Of a stretch of 64,000 nt of DNA, positions 17,145 to 26,730 are shown in pieces; the stretch's first letter is position 1; every line of letters starts with the position of its first letter. Made by a program: the position numbers and the translations under genes. Below the pieces are notes generated by a model. That model was given only the letters and a program-made list of their open reading frames with translations, made no database searches and was not told where the DNA came from. The stretch lies in the IMG/VR virus record IMGVR_UViG_2615840715_000006; one strand, written 5' to 3'. The stretch is from an uncultured virus (IMG/VR IMGVR_UViG_2615840715_000006) (Duplodnaviria; Heunggongvirae; Uroviricota; Caudoviricetes).

Positions 17145-19220
17145 TTACGCGCCCGGGTTCTTGTAGAGGCCGCGCCAGTCGATGGCCTTGGCTCCGAAGT
17201 CGAGGCGGCACTTGATCTCGACCCCGTCGACGTCGAAGCCGTTGCGCGTCTCGATATAGGCGCCCTGCTGGCCCTCGAGATAGGCGTACTCGATGGTGTC
17301 GATCTGGTTCGGGCTGGCCGCCAGATACCAGGCGGTCTCGCTGGCGGCGTCGAGCCGGGGCTCGCTGATCGGCGCCAGCGTCCTGATCGACTGCGGCACC
17401 ACGCTGGACGTCGCGGCGGGCACGAGGTTCTGGGCCACCAGCTGTTCGGCTTTCAGTTCCAGTGAGGCCGGCACGATCAGGAAGGCAGGCCGGACGTTCA
17501 GCACCGTCTTCTTGTCGAGGCCGGTCTGCTTGGCCATCGCCGCGCGCGCCGCTCCGACGCTGCTGACATCGAGCGCCGCGCCGGTGCCTGCCAGGTTCTT
17601 GTGGGTGGTGTGGAAGAGCGCATTGCCGTCGGCCATCGCCGGGTTGGCGGTGATGATGCCCCAGACCACGTCCGACTCCAGCTGGGCGATGGAGTTGCCG
17701 TACATCGCCGGGATCCGGGTGAAGGCGTCGAGATCGTCGTTGATCAGCGTCTGGCGGGTGATCGCGACCACCCGGCCATAGGTCTTGACCTTGTAGCTCT
17801 CCTTGCTCTCGCCGAGCGTGCCGCGCTTGAACTCGCCGCTCTCGCCCACCTCGAGCAGCTGCGGCGCTTCGCCGAGCTGGACGCGGTGCATCGCCTTGAA
17901 GTCGGTGGCCAGCACCTGGCGGCAGAACAGCATGAAGGTGCGGGGATAGGCCTCGTAGGCCTGCCGCAGGGTCTTGTTGGTGACCACCGACAGGATCTCG
18001 GGGAAGTCCGAGGTCGAGTGCAGCGCGCGCGTTGCCACCTCGTCACGCGACAGGCCGCGCGTGTTCACGCCCGCATTTCCGAGGCTTTCGCGGGCCAGTT
18101 CCATGAGCGTCATGCCACGATACTGGCGGGCGGCATCTTCCAGAGTGAAGAGCGTCGGGCTGTAGCGGTGCAGCAGCGCATTCGCCACAGCATCGCGGCG
18201 GGTGATGTGTTCGTCCCGGCCGCCGAGCGGGACGGACACCTGGCTGAAGGTTCGGGTCTCGTCCGACTTCGCGGCGACCTGATCGAGGATCAGTCGGCGG
18301 GACTCGTCGACGCTGACACCGCGCTTGACCAGGTCCTCGGCGAAGCCGCGCTCGAGGTTCAGGCGCCCCGCCAGATCGTAGATGGTGGAGACGCGGTCGC
18401 GTTCACCCTCGCGGGCGCGGGTGGCGACCGTCTCGGTGTCGGGCGCAGCGGGAGCATTGGCCTTCGGCTGCGTGCGGGTTTCGCTGGTGCGAAACTGCGG
18501 TTCAGCGTCGCCACGCTGCGGCTCGGTCGTGGTGGCCTTCGGCTCGGTCATGGGGGTGTCCTCGGTTTCGACCGGCGCGGTCGGCTGGGTGTTGGCGGGG
18601 GTTGCGGCGTCGCTCGCCGGGGTCTGGGTCTGGTCCGTCATCGGGGATGCTCCTTGCGGTGTGGGGGCGTCCCGGCGGTGGAGGACGCAGTCGTGAAGGG
18701 GATGCTGGGCGCGGAAGCCCGCAGCGGGGTCGGCGCCGACCGCGACGGCGGAGACCTCGAACGGCGTCCAGTCCACCGCCCGCCAGAGTTCGCGCGCGGC
18801 CTCGAGCTTCGAGACCTCGAAGCGGTGGACCTGGTAGCCGATCGAGACCGCGCGGATGTGCCCGGCCTGGATGTCGCGCCAGATCGGCTCGACATCGGCG
18901 CGCTCGCTGATCCGCACCAAGGCGATGCCGCGTCCGTTCTCGATCCGCGCCGAACCCGGCACGACCGAGCCGATGACGGCGTCAAGCGTGTCGATCTCGT
19001 GCACCTTCAGGAACGGCGCGCCCGCGTTCAGCCGGTCGAGCCGGACATGGGCCGGGTCGAGGCTGAGTTCCTCGTCATAGGGCTCGCCGAAGAAGGTCGC
19101 GCGGCGGACGCGGGCGCCCGCCGACCAGACCACCTCGACGGTGCGGCTGTCGGCGTCGGCCGTGTTCGGCGCAAGCTCCGCCGACCGGCGCATGGCCGGC
19201 AGTTCGATCATCGTGTCCAT
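17145..19220 (-). CDS. Prohead protease-scaffold-major capsid fusion
   Basis: Protease motifs FLKVH, VSIGY, EVSAVAVGAD; low-complexity linker; capsid STSDFP..DFGAKAIDWRG. Confidence 0.9.
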   Translation of the reverse strand: MDTMIELPAMRRSAELAPNTADADSRTVEVVWSAGARVRRATFFGEPYDEELSLDPAHVRLDRLNAGAPFLKVHEIDTLDAVIGSVVPGSARIENGRGIALVRISERADVEPIWRDIQAGHIRAVSIGYQVHRFEVSKLEAARELWRAVDWTPFEVSAVAVGADPAAGFRAQHPLHDCVLHRRDAPTPQGASPMTDQTQTPASDAATPANTQPTAPVETEDTPMTEPKATTTEPQRGDAEPQFRTSETRTQPKANAPAAPDTETVATRAREGERDRVSTIYDLAGRLNLERGFAEDLVKRGVSVDESRRLILDQVAAKSDETRTFSQVSVPLGGRDEHITRRDAVANALLHRYSPTLFTLEDAARQYRGMTLMELARESLGNAGVNTRGLSRDEVATRALHSTSDFPEILSVVTNKTLRQAYEAYPRTFMLFCRQVLATDFKAMHRVQLGEAPQLLEVGESGEFKRGTLGESKESYKVKTYGRVVAITRQTLINDDLDAFTRIPAMYGNSIAQLESDVVWGIITANPAMADGNALFHTTHKNLAGTGAALDVSSVGAARAAMAKQTGLDKKTVLNVRPAFLIVPASLELKAEQLVAQNLVPAATSSVVPQSIRTLAPISEPRLDAASETAWYLAASPNQIDTIEYAYLEGQQGAYIETRNGFDVDGVEIKCRLDFGAKAIDWRGLYKNPGA

Positions 19221-19225
19221 GAAGG

Positions 19226-20779
19226 TCAGTCCTGTTGGTCGGCCTGCGCCGGTTCGGTTTCCGCGTCGGCGGAGGGGTCGTCGGCCGGATCGTCGGCATC
19301 CGGATCGGTGGCCGGATCGCTGGTCTGCGCGCTGCCGGTCTTGGTGACGCGGCGTGGGTCGCTGTCGAGCACCAGCCCCAGCGCGTCGAGCTTGGCGTTG
19401 GTCGCGGCGATCTCCGCCAGCACCGCGTCGGGATTTCGGCCCTGTCTCGCGATCACCTCGGCCAGCGTCATGGTGCCGGAGCGGATCGACAGCAGGTTCG
19501 CCATCGCATCCTTCTGCGGATCGACCGCCTCGAATTTCGGCGGCGACCATTCGACCGGCACGATGGGCGACGGGATCTGTCCCGCCGCCCACGCGGCCTC
19601 GGTGAACCAGCGCCAGACCGGCGCGCAGAACATCGGGATGAACAGCTGCCACTGCACGGCGTCGATCTGGCGGCGGAACTCCACGAGCCCCGCCCGGATC
19701 GAGGAATAGTTCACCTGGCTGAGATCGCCGGTCAGCAGCTCGTAGGGCACCCGGAACCCGGCCGAGATCGTGTGCAGGCTCGCGCGCTTGTATTCGCCAT
19801 AGCCGCCTGTGGCGGAGGGCTGGTTGAACCGGATGTCCTTGCCGCCGCGGGCATAGGCGATCAGCCCCGGCTCGAACTGTTCCACCCGGTTGCCGTCGGC
19901 ATCGACCACGGAGGGCGCGATGCCCTGTTGCGCCTCGTCGTCGCCGAAGACGATGGCGGTGACGCAGGCCTCGGTCTTCTTGCGAACCAGTTCGGCCACT
20001 TCATAGTCGTCGAGATCACGCAACGACCGGATCACCGGCGCGCCCCAGGGGACGCCGCGCGCTTGCGTGCGCTGCTTCTCGTAGACATGGGCGATCTCGG
20101 TCGCGGGGACCGGGCGGCTCTGCAACCCGTTCTGCAAGGCCCCGTAGGCGTCGCCCGGATGCTCGGCATGCAGCCAGTAAGCCCGGCGCTTCCCGACCGG
20201 GTCGAACTCGATCCCCTGCACGAGGCGCCCTGCGCCGAGGGCTCCGGACTTGGTGGCGTCGAGGAAGTCGGCTTCCAGCACCTGCAATTGCAGCGGCACC
20301 GGCAGGCCGTCGCTCGCGCGCCGCAGGCGGCGGCGCACCAGAACCTCGCCCGCCTCGACCATCTCCCGGCAGATCAGCGTCTGCAGGCCATAGAAGTCAA
20401 GCTGGCCATCGGCGTCGCAGTCCGCCGTCCAGCGTTCGAAGAGCGCATCGACCTTCCGGTCCAGCTTGTCGTCGCCGCTAGCGGCGCGGGGCATGATGCC
20501 CGCGCCGATGATGTTGTTGACCAGCACCGCCACGGCCTTGGCCGCATGCGGGTTGTTGCGCACCAGATCGCGCATGCGGTCGCGCAGCAGCGCCCCGGCG
20601 ACGCCGATTTCGGTGTCGGCCGAGGATCCCGGCGCGCGCCAGCCGTCCGTCCGTCGCCCGCGCGCCGCGCCGTCATAGCCACGCGTCAGCGTCTCGAATG
20701 CCTGACGCGCCATCACGCGCCGAGCCGCCATGCGCGGCGCCACCGTGGCGATGGCGTGGTCGAACCAGGTCGCCGACAT
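19226..20779 (-). CDS. Portal protein, lambda gpB family
   Basis: RDLVRNNP, RGVPW, GDLSQVNYSSIRAG. Confidence 0.92.
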   Translation of the reverse strand: MSATWFDHAIATVAPRMAARRVMARQAFETLTRGYDGAARGRRTDGWRAPGSSADTEIGVAGALLRDRMRDLVRNNPHAAKAVAVLVNNIIGAGIMPRAASGDDKLDRKVDALFERWTADCDADGQLDFYGLQTLICREMVEAGEVLVRRRLRRASDGLPVPLQLQVLEADFLDATKSGALGAGRLVQGIEFDPVGKRRAYWLHAEHPGDAYGALQNGLQSRPVPATEIAHVYEKQRTQARGVPWGAPVIRSLRDLDDYEVAELVRKKTEACVTAIVFGDDEAQQGIAPSVVDADGNRVEQFEPGLIAYARGGKDIRFNQPSATGGYGEYKRASLHTISAGFRVPYELLTGDLSQVNYSSIRAGLVEFRRQIDAVQWQLFIPMFCAPVWRWFTEAAWAAGQIPSPIVPVEWSPPKFEAVDPQKDAMANLLSIRSGTMTLAEVIARQGRNPDAVLAEIAATNAKLDALGLVLDSDPRRVTKTGSAQTSDPATDPDADDPADDPSADAETEPAQADQQD

Positions 20780-20988
20780 CAGCGATCCCCGCGCGAGAAG
20801 CCAGCGAGCCCCGCCACGGGCAGCGGGCGGCTGAAGCCCGCGATGGCGCGCTCGATGGTCCGGATGCGGGCGAGCAGATCCTCGGCCGAGCCGTAATCCA
20901 CCGACTTGCCGTCATAGCTGACGCGCGTCGTGCCGCTGGCATAGGCCCGGCGCAGCGCCGAAAGCTCGGTTTCCGTCCAGTCGATCAT
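20779..20988 (-). CDS. gpW-like head completion protein
   Basis: G..RVSYDGKSVDY..L; between terminase and portal. Confidence 0.8.
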   Translation of the reverse strand: MIDWTETELSALRRAYASGTTRVSYDGKSVDYGSAEDLLARIRTIERAIAGFSRPLPVAGLAGFSRGDR

Positions 20989-20990
20989 GT

Positions 20991-22994
20991 TCAGAACCAT
21001 CCCTCCCGCCGCCCGAGCCAGTCGGAGCGGCGCTTGCCCTGCGGGGCCTGTCCCGGCCGGTTGATCTGCCCGGCGGGATCGGTGTCGGTGGGGGCGGCCC
21101 CGAGCTGATCCTCGAGGTCGCGCCATTTCTCGTCGGGCCAGCGGTCCGCGCCCGCGATCCAGGCGGCTGCGCGGGCGTAGACCCGGCAATCCAGCGCCTC
21201 GTTGCGCTCGCGCAGCTTCTGCCATTCCAGCCGGGCGAAGCCGCGCTTGGTGCGCACCGTCACCAGCTGCTCGGCCACGAACTGCTTCAGCCATTCGTTC
21301 TCGACCCAGTGCGGCAGGTGCACCGAGCCGGGCGGGAACGCCGCCCCGTCGGCCATCTCCTCCTCGGTCGGGCGTGCCAGCCGCAGGAAGCGGTAGGTTT
21401 CGGCCTTGAAGGTCGAGACCGCCACGGTCCAGAGCCGCGCCCCGCGCCGCAGGCGTTTGCCGCCCTCGGTCGCGTCGACAAAGGTCGGCCCCGACACCGG
21501 GCTCGAGCGGTTGAACCCCTCGACGCCCTTGACCGGCGACACCTGCGCGAAGCCTTGCGCCCGCGACCAGGAATAGACCGCCGGGGCCTCGTAGCCGGTG
21601 TCGATGGCGAGCCGCGCGATCCTGAGATGCGCGCGGCGTTCATGCGGCCAGGACCTGTCCAGCAGCGCGGTCAGCTCCGACCAGGCGTCGTGCCGGTCGG
21701 GCCCGCCCTCGATGACGACGTGATCGACGAGCCAGCTTTCCAAGCCGCGACCCCAGGCCCAGACATCGACCTCGATCCGGTCCTTCTGCACGTCGGCTCC
21801 GGCTGTCAGGAACAACCCGCCTGCTGGCACCGTGCCGGATTTCCAGCGTTCGCGCCGGTCGTAGAGCCGCTGCCAGTCGGGCGCTTCCCCGGTCTCGACC
21901 CATGTCTCGCCGAGGATCGTGTTGCGGAACGCCTTGATCGCCTCGTCCGACCCTTGGGCTGCTTCCCATGACCGCACGATCCGCTCCCAGCTCAGCCAGC
22001 CGATCGGCGAATAGAGCGCCGAAAGGTGATACCCGACCGTGGTCGGATCGGCGGCCGTGGCGGTCGCCCGCCATTCGCCGCCCTCCAGCATCGCCGTCTT
22101 GTGGTGTTCCGCGATTGCCGCGTCGCAGCCCTCGCAGTGATACTCGGCCGTCTCCGGGCGGCCCTTTTGCCAGCGCAGCCGGTCGAACTTCAGCCATTGT
22201 GCGTGGCCGCATTGTGGGCACGGCACGAAGAACCGACGCTGGTCGCTGGCCTCGTACTCGCGCTCGATGCGCGACAGCCCCCGGATCGTGGGCGTCGAGA
22301 CCAGCAGCACCTTGCGCCGGTGGGCGAAGGTCAGGGAGCGCGCCTCGGCGAGCGTGACCGGATCGCCTTCCTCGTCGGCCGAGGCGGGATAGGCGTCGAC
22401 CTCGTCGAGGAAGATGTAGCGCGCCGGGGTGGACCGAAGCCCGACCGCCGAGTTCGCGCCCGTCATGATCAGGATGCCGCCCGCGAACTCCTTCGAGAGC
22501 ATCGTGTTGCCCGCATCGCGGGATCGCGCGGGCTTCACCCGCTCCCGCAGCTCTGGGCTTTCATCGATCAGCGGGTCGATGCGCTGGCGCGAGTTGCGCT
22601 TGGCCAGTTCCACGGTCGGCTGGACCGCCAGCATCGGACCCGGCGCCTGGTGGATCGCGAACCCGATCCAGTTGTTGCCCGCCTCGGTCGCGCCGACCTG
22701 CGCCGCCTTCATGAACACGATCCGCTGCGTGGGATCCCCCGGCGACAGCCGGTCCATGATCTCGCGCATGTAGGGCGTGCGCACGGTGCGATACCGCCCC
22801 GGTTCGGCTGAAGCCCGCCCCGAGAGCATCCGGTGCCGGTCCGCCCATTCCGAAACGGTCAGGTCCGGGTCGGGCCGCAACCCGTTGCCCCAGGCGCGGA
22901 GGATCTCGCCCGCGCCGTCGAAGTCGATCAGGCCATCATCGTCACCGGAAGTCGGGCCGGACCTCGGCGAGTTCGTCGAGGTGGGCGCGTACAT
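20991..22994 (-). CDS. Terminase large subunit, lambda gpA family (start uncertain)
   Basis: MKAAQVGATE, YIFLDEVD, STPT, CPQC/CEGC, GADVQ, RNEALDC. Confidence 0.95.
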   Translation of the reverse strand: MYAPTSTNSPRSGPTSGDDDGLIDFDGAGEILRAWGNGLRPDPDLTVSEWADRHRMLSGRASAEPGRYRTVRTPYMREIMDRLSPGDPTQRIVFMKAAQVGATEAGNNWIGFAIHQAPGPMLAVQPTVELAKRNSRQRIDPLIDESPELRERVKPARSRDAGNTMLSKEFAGGILIMTGANSAVGLRSTPARYIFLDEVDAYPASADEEGDPVTLAEARSLTFAHRRKVLLVSTPTIRGLSRIEREYEASDQRRFFVPCPQCGHAQWLKFDRLRWQKGRPETAEYHCEGCDAAIAEHHKTAMLEGGEWRATATAADPTTVGYHLSALYSPIGWLSWERIVRSWEAAQGSDEAIKAFRNTILGETWVETGEAPDWQRLYDRRERWKSGTVPAGGLFLTAGADVQKDRIEVDVWAWGRGLESWLVDHVVIEGGPDRHDAWSELTALLDRSWPHERRAHLRIARLAIDTGYEAPAVYSWSRAQGFAQVSPVKGVEGFNRSSPVSGPTFVDATEGGKRLRRGARLWTVAVSTFKAETYRFLRLARPTEEEMADGAAFPPGSVHLPHWVENEWLKQFVAEQLVTVRTKRGFARLEWQKLRERNEALDCRVYARAAAWIAGADRWPDEKWRDLEDQLGAAPTDTDPAGQINRPGQAPQGKRRSDWLGRREGWF

Positions 22995-23538
22995 GTTTCT
23001 CCAGGACCTTCTGCATCGCGGCTGGCTCCACGGTGATCTGCTGGCCGGTCACGTCGGCGCACGAGGCTGACAGTTCGGCCGCCATCAGCGCCGCCGCGCG
23101 TGCAGGCCAGTTCACCCACGCGTCCCGTTCCTCCCGCGCCAGCCGGAACACCAGCGCCAGCGCGCGGGCCCGCTCGATCAACTCCCCCTTCAGCTTCTGG
23201 AGCCGGATGCGCCGCTCCTGCGCTTTCAGCACCTCGTTCGCGGTCTTCGCCTGCAGGAAGGTCGTGCCGCCGCCGACGGCCGGGACTGCCAGCCCCTGTT
23301 CACGCAGCGTGTCGCCAACAGCGGCCACGGCCGCCTCGGGGACGGGCTTCAGCTTCGGCGTGGGCGGCTTGCGGGTCTTGGACGGGTCGGTCGTCTCGGC
23401 ACGTCTGGCGTCGCTGGCGGCCGCGTTGATGCTGCCGTCGGGATAGAGGACCAGCCGCTCGGCGGCCTTGGCCTTCTGGATCGCGCCCCGCGACAGCCCG
23501 ACATGCGCGGCGTACTGGCGCTCGCTCATGCCCTGCAT
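22942..23538 (-). CDS. Terminase small subunit (Nu1-like)
   Basis: N-terminal HTH SERQYAAHVGLSRGAIQKA, coiled coil ..KLKGELIER; precedes gpA. Confidence 0.75.
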   Translation of the reverse strand: MQGMSERQYAAHVGLSRGAIQKAKAAERLVLYPDGSINAAASDARRAETTDPSKTRKPPTPKLKPVPEAAVAAVGDTLREQGLAVPAVGGGTTFLQAKTANEVLKAQERRIRLQKLKGELIERARALALVFRLAREERDAWVNWPARAAALMAAELSASCADVTGQQITVEPAAMQKVLEKHVRAHLDELAEVRPDFR

Positions 23539-23579
23539 CGACGGCTCCGATTATCTATCGAAATCATGTTCTTATCGAG

Positions 23580-23608
23580 TTGATAAGCAGCGCGACCGGA
23601 GCGAACGT
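23580..23608 (+). promoter_or_regulatory. Putative sigma70 promoter of divergent DUF3489 cassette
   Basis: TTGATA-17-GAACGT; same boxes and spacing in element 2 while spacer differs. Confidence 0.5.
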
Positions 23609-23649
23609 CCGTTCAGAAGGACGATGCAACTCACCAAGGAGCCATCACG

Positions 23650-23922
23650 ATGACCACGCGCCTGAACCCGATCACCACCCCGCGCCACGAACTCCGCGCC
23701 GAGAAGGCGCGCCGGAATAAGGAAGCCGCGCTCGCGGCCTTCATCGGCAAGAAGGCCGAGATCGACGAGATGCTCGCCCGGCTGCAGACGCTGAGCGACG
23801 ACCACTTCAACGCCCACCCCGACGAGATCAACTGGGGCCATGTCGGCACCCTCGAACACTACGCCAGCCTCCTGAAGCGCATCACCGACAGCGCCTTCGG
23901 CGAGGGCGAGCACGCCCGCTGA
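23650..23922 (+). CDS. Conserved phage hypothetical protein (90 aa)
   Basis: AAGGAG RBS; near-identical paralog at 51839..52111. Confidence 0.8.
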   Translation: MTTRLNPITTPRHELRAEKARRNKEAALAAFIGKKAEIDEMLARLQTLSDDHFNAHPDEINWGHVGTLEHYASLLKRITDSAFGEGEHAR

Positions 23923-24017
23923 TCTCCGGCACTGCCGGAACTCCCGCCGCGCGCCCTGCGCGGCTCGGGGTCGTAGGAGGCGCCGCATGACGCGGGCCCG
24001 AATACGGAGACGATCCC

Positions 24018-24590
24018 ATGACCAAGCTTTCTGACACCCAAGCCATCATCCTCAGCGCCGCCGCACAGCGCGAGGACCGCATCGCACTGCCGCTGCCCGA
24101 GAGCCTGCGCGGCGGCGCCGCTGCCAAGGTGGTCGGCGCGATGCTCGCGAAGAACTTCCTGCAGGAGGTCGACGCCGACACGCGCAAGGGCGAGCTTATG
24201 TGGCGCGAGACCGGAGACGGCCACGGCGTCACGCTGGTTGCCACCGACGCGGGCCTTGCCGCCATCGGGATCGAGACCGAGGACGCGAACCCCGCGCCTG
24301 CGGGCGCGACGGACGCGCCTACCGAGGAGGCCGCGCCGGACACCCCCACCGTAGCCGAAACCGCGCCCAAGACGCGCACACCGCGCGAGGGCACCAAGCA
24401 GGCCACGCTGATCGCCATGCTGCGCGCACCGGACGGCGCGACCATCGAGGAGATCATGGCCGCGACGGGCTGGCAGTCGCACACGGTGCGCGGCGCGATG
24501 GCGGGGGCGCTGAAGAAGAAGCTCGGGCTCGAGGTGACCTCGGAGAAGGTCGAGGATCGGGGGCGCGTGTACAAACTCCCCGCCGCCTGA
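24018..24590 (+). CDS. DUF3489 wHTH protein
   Basis: GTKQA..GATIEEI..TGWQSHTVRG..LKKKLGL. Confidence 0.85.
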   Translation: MTKLSDTQAIILSAAAQREDRIALPLPESLRGGAAAKVVGAMLAKNFLQEVDADTRKGELMWRETGDGHGVTLVATDAGLAAIGIETEDANPAPAGATDAPTEEAAPDTPTVAETAPKTRTPREGTKQATLIAMLRAPDGATIEEIMAATGWQSHTVRGAMAGALKKKLGLEVTSEKVEDRGRVYKLPAA

Positions 24591-24614
24591 CGCGCCGGAC
24601 CCCGACAAGCTGAT

Positions 24615-24641
24615 GACCGCCGTCCCTACGGGGCGGCGGTC
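24615..24641. terminator. Hairpin between convergent genes
   Basis: GACCGCCGTCCC-TAC-GGGGCGGCGGTC; analogous hairpin at 52818..52843. Confidence 0.6.
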
Positions 24642-24643
24642 GA

Positions 24644-24868
24644 TCATTTGGCGCTCCGCATCCGGATCGCCTCGAACACCCGCCGCAAGGCGAAGGAACG
24701 GGCGATCGAGACGACGGTGAAAATGGCGCCCATCTTCAGGTTCTGCGCCAGCGTCGTGTGCAGCCCGAAGATCGGGAAGATCAGGATCTGCGTCACGACC
24801 GCGACGCCGTAGCCGACGATCACGTTGGCGACGGACTCGACCAGCGACATGAGGCGGGTCTGCTTCAT
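24644..24868 (-). CDS. Small two-TM hypothetical protein
   Basis: 74 aa; paralog at 52847..53071. Confidence 0.75.
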   Translation of the reverse strand: MKQTRLMSLVESVANVIVGYGVAVVTQILIFPIFGLHTTLAQNLKMGAIFTVVSIARSFALRRVFEAIRMRSAK

Positions 24869-25604
24869 GCCGCTGCCTCATCCATCGGCCAGCAGTTCAG
24901 CCGCGAGAGTTCGCAGCGCATGCGCCGCAACCAAGGGGACCACGCCGTTGCCACAGAGGCGAAGCCGGTCCACCCGGTGGGCCAACCCATCAGTGCCTCG
25001 ACGAACAGCGGGTTCAAGGTCCGGCGCGGCTCGGAGGTATCGCTCCCAGCCATCGGCGTCACCAGGACCTGGCGGCCAAGCAGGCCGTTCACCGGCGTGT
25101 TCGCGAGTGTCGTCGCCCCGTCCTTGTGATCCCGCGCCGTCGGCGTCATCCACAATCCCACCGCATGGGTCAGATCGGCCGTCTTGCGGTTGCCCGCGCT
25201 CGGCTTGCAGCCGTCGTTCGCCATCGGCGTCGGCCAGTCCCGCGCCATGCGGTCCAGACCCTTCTCGTCTCGTCGTTCGCCGCCCCGGCTGCGGAAACTG
25301 TCGGTCTGCGGCGTGGGCCACATCGCAGCCGTGGTCGCCAGGTTCATGCCGTGCTGGCCCGCTTTCTGCGACGGCGTCGGTATTGTCTGCCTGTTCTCGT
25401 TGGCGCTGGCCCTTGGCGTCGGCCAGAGCCGCAGCAGTTCCGTCCGGTTCCCGCCACTCGACCGGGTGCCAGAGCAGGCGCGCGGGGTCGGCCAGCTCGT
25501 CCCCTTCGCGGATGGCGAGGATGAAGAGCCGCTCGCGCTTGTGGGGCGCGCCGACTTCCGCCGCCGTGAAGAGGCCTGCCGCAAGGCGGTAGTATCCGTC
25601 TTGG

Positions 25605-26540
25605 TCAAGCGGGTCTGTCGACCCATTTCCGGCCGTCGCGCAGCAGCGCGTTGGCCAGCAGGACGAGCTTGCGCATGACGGCGGTGATGGCGACCTTCGG
25701 TGCCTTTCCACTTTCGATCAGCTGGCGGTACTTGCACTTGAGGGCCGCGTTAAACCGAATCGCGACGAGGGCCGGCATGAAGATCGCGGAACGCAGGGTC
25801 GCGCGCCCACCACGGATCATCTCCTTTCCCTTCCACTTGCCGGAACGGCGCGTGAACGGCGCCAGACCGGCGAGGCTCGCCGCCTGTTTCGGCTCGAGGG
25901 TCCCGAGCTCGGGCATCTCTATTAGCAGCATGCAGGCGGTCACGGCGCCGATGCCGGGAATGCTGGTGAGGATATCGAGACGCCCGGCCAACTCAGGATC
26001 ATCGGCGATCCTGGCGGCGATGGTCTCGTCAATCTCGACGAGCTGCTTCTCGATGATGGCCAGCCGCGCTTTCGCCTGGCGGCGGATCAAGCCGATCACT
26101 GCCTTGTCAGTGCGGTTCCCCGTAGCAGTCCGGTCCTTGATCAGCGCCAGCCGCGCGACGTGCAACTCTCGCAACTCATTCATGAGTTCGCCGCGAACCG
26201 GCCGCGGCGGCAGATCGAGCGCGAGGCCCATCCGCGCCAATAGCATGGCATCCACCCGATCGGTCTTGGCCTGCGTCCCCGTGGCCTCCGCGAAGCGGCG
26301 CGCCTGTCGGGGATTGACCTTGACCAGCGCATGGCCCGCCCTTGCGAGCGCTTCCTCCATTGCGCGATGATAGGGGCCGGTCGGTTCGTAGACGATCCGC
26401 AATCCTTCGGGGTTGCCGATCCATCTCAGCAAATTCTTGAACCCCGCCTTGTCGTTGCCGAACCCCTTGTGCTTCCGATCCGAGAGCCGGAACGCGTCCA
26501 GACGGTCTTTTGATATGTCGATGCCGATGATATCCTGCAT
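25605..26540 (-). CDS. IS110 DEDD recombinase/transposase
   Basis: GIDISK, YEPTG, KTDRVDA, SIPGIG, RRSGK serine loop. Confidence 0.95.
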   Translation of the reverse strand: MQDIIGIDISKDRLDAFRLSDRKHKGFGNDKAGFKNLLRWIGNPEGLRIVYEPTGPYHRAMEEALARAGHALVKVNPRQARRFAEATGTQAKTDRVDAMLLARMGLALDLPPRPVRGELMNELRELHVARLALIKDRTATGNRTDKAVIGLIRRQAKARLAIIEKQLVEIDETIAARIADDPELAGRLDILTSIPGIGAVTACMLLIEMPELGTLEPKQAASLAGLAPFTRRSGKWKGKEMIRGGRATLRSAIFMPALVAIRFNAALKCKYRQLIESGKAPKVAITAVMRKLVLLANALLRDGRKWVDRPA

Positions 26541-26730
26541 CCGTCTTTTCCTTACCTCTGCTTGTCATGCAGGCCCGAAGCCCTGCTATCCGTTCAGGTC
26601 ATGAGAAAAGACAGGGGCGATCACACTACCGCACGGCCCATAACGACCGACCCTTTATCGATCCGTCCCCCGCCGCTACCCGGCATATTTGGGTGCCGGG
26701 CAGCAACTCCCTTATCGCAAAGGAGCCGAG
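26541..26730 (-). ncRNA. Bridge RNA (boundaries approximate)
   Basis: 5' hairpins plus two internal loops carrying TAAAGGG/GCGGTAG and ACGGATA/GACAAG guides. Confidence 0.8.

Noticed and set aside
301..22811. Many long plus-strand ORFs opposite structural genes (e.g. 4392..6947, 8475..10397, 17601..19709)
   Set aside because: Antisense shadows of high-GC coding genes with no motifs
25593..25737. N-termini of ORFs 24865..25737 and 24878..25711, and C-termini of 26621..27214 and 26626..27366
   Set aside because: Chimeric read-through into IS110 sequence
26634..26642. ATGGGC in the bridge RNA matching the left target exactly
   Set aside because: Falls in the hairpin between guides; by analogy with the donor loop TAAAGGG is the better left guide, though not proven
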